Below, in pieces: positions 29,991-37,969 of a DNA stretch of 64,000 nt; the first letter of the stretch is position 1; each line of letters opens with the position of its first letter. Source of the stretch: Bacteroidota bacterium (GTDB taxonomy: Bacteria; Bacteroidota; Ignavibacteria; UBA10030; UBA8401); NCBI GenBank assembly GCA_021796215.1, contig JAJYOK010000001.1, positions 6,934 to 70,933 of the forward strand, read 5' to 3'. The translations under genes and the position numbers were made by a program. Below the pieces are notes generated by a model, which saw only the letters and a program-made list of their open reading frames with translations, was not told where the DNA came from and made no database searches.

Positions 29991-30716
29991 CTATTTCAAA
30001 ATAAACGAATGAACAAAATCCTCGTTCATGTTAATCTTCACGTCTTCAACCAAAGCAACTTTCTTGTTGTCCACAATAACGACGGAAAAGGAATCAGGAA
30101 TCTGATAAGTGCCAATAGCTTGATTGTTTTCATTTATTACCGAGTATGTTTCTCCAATTCCTAGTGTCGAATAAGGAAGAGTAAATTCGCCTTTCCAGTT
30201 TGTAGCTGTCAATGGTCTTTTATTTGGCAGGGTGCTGTTGTCTGGATCGGAAAGGACAAGAAGCCATGCTTGGGCAGACTTCCCAATAATAGATTCAACA
30301 ATGTAACAGCCGTTCGTCCAATCACTCGTGTTAATGAGATGGTTATAGCTGCCAGCACGCAGAACCGTATCAACGACAACTAGCATTAGCTCTCGCGTTC
30401 CTAAACGAGAGATCCGCACAAGCGTTTGCGACTCTGTTGGTACTAACCACGAAATAGTGGTGTAAGATTCCTGCTTATTTAATGAGGCATAAGTTTTTGA
30501 TAGCCCGTTTTTCGCAAGATATGGTCCCCCAAAGTAGTAATGAATTTCTGCTCCCGCGACAGGTTTTGAATATTTGTCGAGAACAGTTCCGTGTATTGCA
30601 TTCCGCAATTGCTCACTCGCGAAACCGTTGATTGGGATTCCGTTAACAGAATCGTTGCAGCTATTGACAAGGAGCGAAATGAAAAGAATGGGGAAAAGAG
30701 TGATAATGGCTTTCAT
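29991..30716 (-). CDS. Hypothetical lipoprotein
   Basis: Lipobox LVNSC; carboxypeptidase-regulatory-like start GTVLD...PVAGA.I; internal segment reminiscent of a T9SS-CTD/FlgD Ig fold. Confidence 0.7.
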   Translation of the reverse strand: MKAIITLFPILFISLLVNSCNDSVNGIPINGFASEQLRNAIHGTVLDKYSKPVAGAEIHYYFGGPYLAKNGLSKTYASLNKQESYTTISWLVPTESQTLVRISRLGTRELMLVVVDTVLRAGSYNHLINTSDWTNGCYIVESIIGKSAQAWLLVLSDPDNSTLPNKRPLTATNWKGEFTLPYSTLGIGETYSVINENNQAIGTYQIPDSFSVVIVDNKKVALVEDVKINMNEDFVHSFILK

Positions 30717-30769
30717 ACGCCGCCTGCTTGAAGTGTGAAATGATAACGGAGCGGCACACTAAGAAACTG

Positions 30770-31864
30770 CTACGCCGCTTTTGATCGTGGAAAAAGCTTC
30801 TTTATCTCGTACAGCGTCCCTCTCTGCGCCGCATCAAACCCCGATTCGTGAATCATCTGAATGCATTCTTCCATATTCGTTTTGTTGACGAAGTTTGCAG
30901 CGGCGTGAACATTTTCTTCCAGTAAAATTCCACCGAAGTCGTCCGCGCCAAAGTGAAGCGCAATTTGTCCGGTCTTTTTTCCTTCAGAGAACCATGATGC
31001 CTGAATGTGCGGGAAATTGTCAAGATAAATTCGTGAGAACGCGATCATCTGCAAGTAGCGCGTCGGAGTCGCGTAGTGAGGAATGATTTTTTCTAGCGGC
31101 GTGTTGCCCGGTTTGAAACTCCACGGAACGAATGCAGTGAATCCGTGATATTCATCCTGCAACTGGCGGACGCTTTCGAGATGAATCAACACGTCTTCGT
31201 CTGTTTCCAAATGCCCGTACATCATTGTTGCGGTGCTTTTGTAGCCGATCTTGTGCGCTTCGCGCATCACGTTCAGCCAGTCGGCGGACGTTCCTTTCTT
31301 GTTGCTGATTTTTTTCTTCACGCGGTCGGAAAGAATTTCGGCGCCGCCTCCAGGCAAGCTCCGCATTCCCGCATCCCATAATTTTTGCAGCACATCGTGA
31401 ATTGAAAGTCCCGAGACGTTTGACATTCCGATAATTTCCGAGGTCGAATAAAAATGCGGATGGATCTGCGGCACTTCTTCAATTGTTCTGCGCACCATGT
31501 CAACATAGTAATCCAGAGGCAGATCGGGATTCACGCCGCCCTGAAGGAGAATTGTTGTAATTCCTTTCGCCGCAGATTCTTTGAATTTCTGAATCATGTG
31601 GTCCACGGAATACGTATATTCGCCTTCTTCACCGTGATGGCGGTAGAATGCACAGAAGATACAGTCAACGTTGCACACATTAGAGTAGTTCGGATTTGAA
31701 TCGAGGACAAAAGTCACCGCGGGCTCGGGATTTTTCTTAAAGCGAATTTGATTCGCAAGGTCAGCAAGATCAAGCAACTCGGCATTGTGGAACAAAAATA
31801 ATCCTTCTTCCTGAGTCAATCGTTCGTTTGCACGAACCTTTTTATAGAGCGATTCTAATTGCAT
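30770..31864 (-). CDS. mqnC: Cyclic dehypoxanthine futalosine synthase (radical SAM)
   Basis: NYSNVCNVDCIFCAF, LLQGG, SLPGGGAEIL, ATMMYGH, HIQASW, GADDFG...EENV. Confidence 0.92.
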   Translation of the reverse strand: MQLESLYKKVRANERLTQEEGLFLFHNAELLDLADLANQIRFKKNPEPAVTFVLDSNPNYSNVCNVDCIFCAFYRHHGEEGEYTYSVDHMIQKFKESAAKGITTILLQGGVNPDLPLDYYVDMVRRTIEEVPQIHPHFYSTSEIIGMSNVSGLSIHDVLQKLWDAGMRSLPGGGAEILSDRVKKKISNKKGTSADWLNVMREAHKIGYKSTATMMYGHLETDEDVLIHLESVRQLQDEYHGFTAFVPWSFKPGNTPLEKIIPHYATPTRYLQMIAFSRIYLDNFPHIQASWFSEGKKTGQIALHFGADDFGGILLEENVHAAANFVNKTNMEECIQMIHESGFDAAQRGTLYEIKKLFPRSKAA

Positions 31865-31882
31865 TTCCTTCCTTCTTCATTA

Positions 31883-32668
31883 TTAGATTGAGACTGCATA
31901 ACCGGCGGCTTTCAGTTCTTTCATTAAACTGAAACTGATTTCTTCCAGCCTCACAACAATTTCTTTTTTTACGACGCCGGGAATACTCTTAGGCGGCTGC
32001 GCCTCTTTCGTGTAGATACAGCACACTCTGTTTGCGCCGAGCTTTGCGGCAAGATATCCGAGTTCAAACATTGTGTTCGGCGTATCGTCGGCGTTGAATA
32101 ACCAAAAAGCGTACCGTGCATCGTTTGCTTTTTCTAATTGAGTAACGAATGACTCGCTTGCTCCGTTTGTTCGCTGGTACACCGTCGGTGCTATTCCTAT
32201 TTCTTTCAGCAACGTGGTAAGCTGTTCGAGAAACGGGTTGTTTGGCGATGAGACGACAAACACACAATTGCTTTTAGATCTAGGTGTGGAAGCAGTGCCG
32301 GGCAATTCCTGCAGATGTGCCGGGTGATTGGATGCTGGTTGTTTCGGCAGTGCTGCGGCTTGTGCTTTTGAAGGAGGCGCGGTTTTTTCTGTCGTCACTT
32401 CTGCGGACGCCTCTTTTAGACATTCGATGATATGTTGCGTCGAAGACTGATAGAAATATGGTCCATTCTCATCATTGGCAATACGCGTGCGAAGTGCAAT
32501 TCCTTTCTCTCCGATTTTTCCGAGAAGGTCAAGGCAATTTTTTCGCCACTGCAAATACTGGGGCTGTATCTTTGCATTATAGCCGGAAAATTCGAGGCCG
32601 CCATCCGGCAGGAGTTTTTCTCCCTGCTGGATGAGTTCCTGCAACTTTGTGAGCAATGAAGCATCCAT
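31883..32668 (-). CDS. Protein with C-terminal TIR-like nucleotide-binding domain
   Basis: VFVV...LEK...YAFWLFNADD..NTMFELGY..AKLG..RVC...KELKAAG resembles the PF10137-type TIR; helical N-domain and low-complexity linker. Confidence 0.7.
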   Translation of the reverse strand: MDASLLTKLQELIQQGEKLLPDGGLEFSGYNAKIQPQYLQWRKNCLDLLGKIGEKGIALRTRIANDENGPYFYQSSTQHIIECLKEASAEVTTEKTAPPSKAQAAALPKQPASNHPAHLQELPGTASTPRSKSNCVFVVSSPNNPFLEQLTTLLKEIGIAPTVYQRTNGASESFVTQLEKANDARYAFWLFNADDTPNTMFELGYLAAKLGANRVCCIYTKEAQPPKSIPGVVKKEIVVRLEEISFSLMKELKAAGYAVSI

Positions 32669-32737
32669 AACCAATTTTTGAGAGTGAGTGGGAGATGGAA
32701 AATGGAAGATGAACAATTCCATCAATCCAACAACCCA

Positions 32738-34633
32738 TCAATCCATTTCTCTTTGTAGCTCAGAGTTAGTTTTTATGTCCAAAGCAACACCGGTATATAA
32801 TTCTTTGAATATTGCCATCGCTTCACGTTCTCGTTCACCCAAATGATAATTGAAGCCTTCCAAATATTCCTGCGTCTCTTTTGCCGTCAATCCAATACGG
32901 TCACCGTGTACTTTTCCGACAGCATCCAATTCTGCTTCTGCACGTTCGAGTGAACGTGCAAGGATATGATGAAGCTCGCTCTTGCGTTCAGCACTCAATG
33001 ACTTTCTCTGTGCCCAAACAGCAAACACAAATGGAAGTTTTTGCCAATCGTACCATTCTTTAGCAAGGTCGAAGACGAGTTCAAATCCGGGCAGACCGTA
33101 TTTGTTGCGCCGCAGCGCTTCATCGCCGATAAGGAGAACGGCGTCGTATGCATCGTAATTATTCACACCGGCATGAAGACGTTTAAAAGTTGCGTGAACG
33201 TTGTATTTTTTTGCAAGCAGAACTTGAAGCAAGCGCACCGACGTTGCCGTGTCGTCCGTAATTCCAATTGTTTTGCCTTCAAGTCCCGTCCAGCCTTCTT
33301 TTGAAAAAAGCATCACGCTTTTTACCTGATCGCGCGTTGCGATACAATGATTCATCAGTTCAAGTGTATCTGTGTTGCTGAAGAAATCCATAAGCGAAAA
33401 CGGGCCTGCTTCAATCTGTTCTTTCTTTGCCAGCTCGCCCATTCTTCGCGGCACAACCGGGAAAATTTTGAATTGGTGTTTTTCAAAATGAGAATAAAAT
33501 GGAACAGAATTCAAATATGGAATTTTTCCAATGACATTGTCAGTGTAAAGATTGAGTGGATTGTAAAAGACATCGCGATCGACAGGGATTTTTCCGGCAT
33601 CGTTGATGATTTTAATGATGTGGTCTTTTGCCAATTTCATCGGACTCACTGCACCGGCATCATGAGCAATTTTTTCTCCGCCAACGGTTCCGTCCATATC
33701 ATCTGCGCCGAAATGCAGCGCGACCGACGCAACTTCTTCCGTGAGCATTACCCAGTACGCTTTGATGTGCGGAAAATTATCGAGCATCAGCCGAGAGACA
33801 GCAATGGTTTTCAAATCTTCGATGGCAGACGTGAAATCATTTTTCGGTTTGATGCCTGTATCGCCGGGCTGGAACGCAAGCGGAATGAATGTGAGGAAGC
33901 CGCCGGTTTCATCCTGCGCCTCGCGCAATTTCATCATGTGCACAACGCGTTCTTCGTATGTTTCAACGTGGCCGTACAGCAATGTCGAATTTGTCGGGAT
34001 GCCGAGACGATGCGCCGTTTTATGAACTTCAAACCATGTTTTCGCGCCAATCTTTTGATTGAAGAGCAGCTTGCGCACGCGTTCCGAAAAAACTTCTGCG
34101 CCGCCGCCGGGCATGGTGCGAAGTCCGGCATCTTTCAATTGAAGAAGAACTTCTTCGATCGGCAGCTTGAATTTTTTATGGAAGAAATCTATTTCGACAG
34201 CCGTGAACGCTTTTACGTCAACATTCGGGAAATTCTTTTTTATTTCCCGAACCATGTCAAGGTAGTATTTCCATTCCCAATCCGGGTGCAATCCGCCGGT
34301 GATATGTACTTCGTGAATTTCCGGCGTGAGTTTGCTCAGGATCTCTTCGATTGTCATTTCATACGCATCTGGTTTGCCGGTCTTTGTAGCAAAGTCGCAG
34401 AACTTACATGAAAGGACGCAGACATTTGTCGGCTCGATCTTTTGATTCAGCACAAAATAAACGGCATCGCCGCTTTTCTGCTGCTGAACTGCGTGCGCCA
34501 TCTTTCCAATCGAAATGATGTCGCCAGAATTGAACAGCGCCACGCCATCTTCAAGTGAAAGACGGGTACCGTTCTGAATTTTTTCCCAAATGGGTGTAAG
34601 ACGCTTGTCACGAAAATAAATTGTCGAACTCAT
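32738..34633 (-). CDS. mqnE: Fused aminofutalosine synthase (MqnE) - chorismate dehydratase (MqnA)
   Basis: N-half TNVCVLSCKFCDF, MPGGGAE, HIKAYW, GADDMDGT; C-half IPYLNS.PF, VKSV, TATS..LL, LLIGDEAL, DLA.EW...LPFVFAVW. Confidence 0.9.
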   Translation of the reverse strand: MSSTIYFRDKRLTPIWEKIQNGTRLSLEDGVALFNSGDIISIGKMAHAVQQQKSGDAVYFVLNQKIEPTNVCVLSCKFCDFATKTGKPDAYEMTIEEILSKLTPEIHEVHITGGLHPDWEWKYYLDMVREIKKNFPNVDVKAFTAVEIDFFHKKFKLPIEEVLLQLKDAGLRTMPGGGAEVFSERVRKLLFNQKIGAKTWFEVHKTAHRLGIPTNSTLLYGHVETYEERVVHMMKLREAQDETGGFLTFIPLAFQPGDTGIKPKNDFTSAIEDLKTIAVSRLMLDNFPHIKAYWVMLTEEVASVALHFGADDMDGTVGGEKIAHDAGAVSPMKLAKDHIIKIINDAGKIPVDRDVFYNPLNLYTDNVIGKIPYLNSVPFYSHFEKHQFKIFPVVPRRMGELAKKEQIEAGPFSLMDFFSNTDTLELMNHCIATRDQVKSVMLFSKEGWTGLEGKTIGITDDTATSVRLLQVLLAKKYNVHATFKRLHAGVNNYDAYDAVLLIGDEALRRNKYGLPGFELVFDLAKEWYDWQKLPFVFAVWAQRKSLSAERKSELHHILARSLERAEAELDAVGKVHGDRIGLTAKETQEYLEGFNYHLGEREREAMAIFKELYTGVALDIKTNSELQREMD

Positions 34634-34659
34634 AGACTTATTGAATGGTTATGATTTTT

Positions 34660-36471
34660 TTACTTCCAGTACCTTTCCCACCGTTCATCAACTTTTTTCA
34701 CAATGCTTTCATTCATCACCAGCGGCTCAGGGTAGCCCTGTTTCCATGTCGCGTCTATTCCCATAATGCCGTTGTAGACCGGTGAAATACCGATGAGCTT
34801 TTGCTCGGTGAAATTTACATCACGTTCACAATCGAAACGCGTAAATATACCCCAAATATAACTCTCTCTATTGTGAATATCTATATCGCCGCTCACTGCT
34901 GCGGCAATTTTGACTCCATCAAGTTCAGGCAGGGCAATGATTTTTTTTATTATCTGCGCGCCGTCTCTTTTTACCGTTGCCTCCGGCGCCATTTTCAATT
35001 TGACGAGAAGAAGAGTTCCGTCAACAAGATTTACATCAAGAATTCGCCGGTCGAAGTTTCTAAGCTCGCGAACAGCGCCGGTGAGCTTTCTCGCCTGCGT
35101 TAATCGTTTCGGCTCGCGTTTGTGCGCTGCGGCGGATTTTTGTGTTGCGTCGAGAATCATTTTACTGCCGAGATTCATTTTATACGAAGTGAAGTCGAGC
35201 GTATCGAGCGGCACTTTCGGCAGCATGATGAAATCATAATGCGGGTCGAAATTTTCCCGTACGGCTTTAAGTACGGCAGAGAAATCACGCGGATTCACTT
35301 CTTCTGAAACGGTAATTAAACATTTCGTCAACGAAAGTTGCTCTGTGCCCATCAATCCAAGCGCGGTTTTCATCGCTTCTTTTTGATATCGCTCTTCAAT
35401 GGCAACGACAAGAAGATTATGAAATCCGGCTTCGTAATATGCCCACAAACTGTGAACCTCGGAATGCAAAAGCTTGGCAAGCGGGCCGAGAATTTTCTGA
35501 GTGGCATCGCCCAAAAATTTATCTTCCATTGGCGGAATACCGACGACCGTCGCAGGATAAATCGGATCTTTTCTATGTGTGACGGCTTTGATGTGAAAAA
35601 CGGGGAATTCGGATGCGGCAGAGTAATGGCCGAAGTGATCGCCGAACGGTCCTTCCATGCGCCGCTCTTTCGGTTCAACGACGCCTTCCAAAATAAATTC
35701 TGCATTTGCCGGAACGCTGATCGAAATTGACCGACCGCCGACAAATTCAGTTCGCTTCTTGCGCAGAAATCCGGCGAACATCGCTTCATCAATTCCTTCC
35801 GGAAGCGCAGCGACAGTTGCAAGAAGCATTGCCGGATCGGTGCCAAGCGCAACGGCAAGCTCGAACGGCTGATTCATTTTGTCGGCATGATAATAATGGA
35901 AGCCGCCGCCTTTTTGAATTTGCCAATGCATACCGGTCGTCTCTTTATCAAACACATGCATGCGGTACATACCGACGTTGCGTTTTCCGTTGCGCGGATC
36001 GTACGTAAATACTTGCGGCAGTGTGATGAATCGTCCGCCGTCTTTGGGCCATGATTTGATGATCGGCAAATTACTGAGGTTTGGCTTTTCAACAACTTCC
36101 TGCGACCGGGCAATTGTGACATGCCGGGGCCGCGACTTGAGCAGCCGCCATGTCATGCCCGGGTGTTTCAGGAAAATTTTCGGAGAGGGAGGCAGCGCTT
36201 GTTCGGCAAACGAAATAAGCTGCTCGCCTAACTTGTCCGGATGAGTTCCGAGTGCAAGCTCAATGCGGCGTTCGCTGGCAAGCGTGTTAATGACGAGCGG
36301 ATATTTTGCGCCCTTTACTTTTTCAAAAAGAAGTGCCGGCTTTCCTAACCGAAGCGCACGTGCAGCAATCTCGGTGATTTCTAATTCGGGATCAACTTCA
36401 ACAGTAACACGGTGGAGTTCTCCGTTACGTTCAAGAAAAGAAACGAATTCCCGGAGCGCAGTGAAACTCAT
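34660..36471 (-). CDS. ubiD: UbiD family (menaquinone biosynthesis) decarboxylase
   Basis: VDPELEITEI, WPKDGGRFIT, NVGMYR, EGPFGDHFG, G.PP.ED, DTLD, IDAT. Confidence 0.92.
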   Translation of the reverse strand: MSFTALREFVSFLERNGELHRVTVEVDPELEITEIAARALRLGKPALLFEKVKGAKYPLVINTLASERRIELALGTHPDKLGEQLISFAEQALPPSPKIFLKHPGMTWRLLKSRPRHVTIARSQEVVEKPNLSNLPIIKSWPKDGGRFITLPQVFTYDPRNGKRNVGMYRMHVFDKETTGMHWQIQKGGGFHYYHADKMNQPFELAVALGTDPAMLLATVAALPEGIDEAMFAGFLRKKRTEFVGGRSISISVPANAEFILEGVVEPKERRMEGPFGDHFGHYSAASEFPVFHIKAVTHRKDPIYPATVVGIPPMEDKFLGDATQKILGPLAKLLHSEVHSLWAYYEAGFHNLLVVAIEERYQKEAMKTALGLMGTEQLSLTKCLITVSEEVNPRDFSAVLKAVRENFDPHYDFIMLPKVPLDTLDFTSYKMNLGSKMILDATQKSAAAHKREPKRLTQARKLTGAVRELRNFDRRILDVNLVDGTLLLVKLKMAPEATVKRDGAQIIKKIIALPELDGVKIAAAVSGDIDIHNRESYIWGIFTRFDCERDVNFTEQKLIGISPVYNGIMGIDATWKQGYPEPLVMNESIVKKVDERWERYWK

Positions 36472-36474
36472 AGC

Positions 36475-37026
36475 TCACTCCAATTCTTCCGCACGCCATC
36501 CGCGTGATATTCGTTCGCCCAACACGCTGAGAAGTTTGTCGGTGAATGCCCCGACATATTCATCAACCGATTGCGGAACGAAATACAGCGGCGATGAAAT
36601 CGGCATGATGATCGCGCCGTAACCGGACAGGCGTGCCGCCTGTTCAAGCGACAAAGTTGATATCGGAGTTTCACGGATGCACAACACAAGTTTGGTTCGT
36701 TCCTTTAGCGCGACCTGTGCGGCGCGTGTGATGAGTGAATCGCCTATGCCGGAAGCAATTTTACCAAGTGTGGAAGTAGAGCAGGGAAGAATGACGACCG
36801 CATCAAAATGATTCGAGCCGGAAGCGATTGGGGCGGTGAGATCGTCGTTGGAAAACTGATGCTTGATGTACGGCTGAAGTTCTTTTTCGGTGAGATTTAC
36901 TTCATCTTTCAGCAATACTTTTCCCCATTTGCTGACGATGAGAAATTTATCGGCAGTGGATTTCTTCAGAAAATCCACAGCATAAATGGCGCCGGAAGAA
37001 CCTGTAATGCCGAGAACAATTCTCAT
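36475..37026 (-). CDS. ubiX: Flavin prenyltransferase UbiX
   Basis: GITGSSGAIY, APIASGS, PCS.STLGKIA, RAA.V.LKER, RETP. Confidence 0.93.
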   Translation of the reverse strand: MRIVLGITGSSGAIYAVDFLKKSTADKFLIVSKWGKVLLKDEVNLTEKELQPYIKHQFSNDDLTAPIASGSNHFDAVVILPCSTSTLGKIASGIGDSLITRAAQVALKERTKLVLCIRETPISTLSLEQAARLSGYGAIIMPISSPLYFVPQSVDEYVGAFTDKLLSVLGERISRGWRAEELE

Positions 37027-37856
37027 GCGAATGTGTTCGTTAGAATCACCATGAAGAAGACGCTGAAGCCGACAAGGATGTTGATCTTGAAAAATGCCAG
37101 CTCAACATCTTCGGCTTTTTTCTGTTCGAGATAAAGAAGTAATCCGCTGAGGAGCAGGAACGGCACCGCGACGAATGCTTTCAGCGAGTGGAAAAAGAGA
37201 ATGACAAGAATGATGAATGCGAGCAGGTGAAGGATGCCGGAGATTTGCAGAGCACGTTTGCGTCCGAATCGCGATGGAAATGAAAAGAGATTTTCTTCAC
37301 GGTCAAAATGTTCGTCCAGTGTCGAATAAATAATATCAAAACCTGTCCCCCAGAACAGTACAAACAGGGGAAGAATAATTCCTGTGGTGAGATTGTGAAA
37401 CGATCCGACGATTGCAAACCAACCGCCGAGCGGCGCCATGGACATTCCGAGTCCGACACCGAAATGTGCCAGCGGCGTCAACCGCTTGAGATAAGGATAG
37501 ACAACAAAAATGATCAGCGGAATCGGCGCAAGATAAAAACAAAAATCAGAGATGAGTTTTGCGGAAACAAAATAGAGTGCAAGCCCGGCGGCGAGGATCG
37601 CATATCCCTGTATTAATGAAAGCTTTCCGCTGGGTAATTCACGTTTTGCTGTGCGTGGATTCCGCTTGTCAATTTTCCTGTCAATAATTCGATTGAGCGT
37701 CATTGCGCTTGTGCGAGCGCCGACCGCCGCGAGCAAAATAAGAAGAAGAAGCGTGTTTGCAGGCTTTTCGTGCGATGCAAGAAACACCGCGCTGTAAATC
37801 ATCGGCAGTGTAAAAAGCGTATGCTCGATCTTGACAAAGCTCAGAAAATTTTTCAA
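37023..37856 (-). CDS. UbiA-family prenyltransferase of the futalosine pathway (MqnP-like)
   Basis: KIEHTLF.LP, NRIIDR.ID..NPRT..RE.P.G, GFDIIY. Confidence 0.9.
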   Translation of the reverse strand: MKNFLSFVKIEHTLFTLPMIYSAVFLASHEKPANTLLLLILLAAVGARTSAMTLNRIIDRKIDKRNPRTAKRELPSGKLSLIQGYAILAAGLALYFVSAKLISDFCFYLAPIPLIIFVVYPYLKRLTPLAHFGVGLGMSMAPLGGWFAIVGSFHNLTTGIILPLFVLFWGTGFDIIYSTLDEHFDREENLFSFPSRFGRKRALQISGILHLLAFIILVILFFHSLKAFVAVPFLLLSGLLLYLEQKKAEDVELAFFKINILVGFSVFFMVILTNTFA

Positions 37857-37969
37857 AAGGGCTTTACCGCACTTGTTTTGAGAAAATGGGCTTTTTGTTT
37901 AGAAATTTCACCACAAATTTACCCAAAAAAAAGTGCGCAGTCAAGAAAAACTGGGGAACGTGACTTATA

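Noticed and set aside
33347-34411. 354-aa plus-strand ORF, and the 297-aa ORF at 58982-59875 on the minus strand
   Set aside because: Antisense shadows of well-supported genes; no motifs or plausible composition
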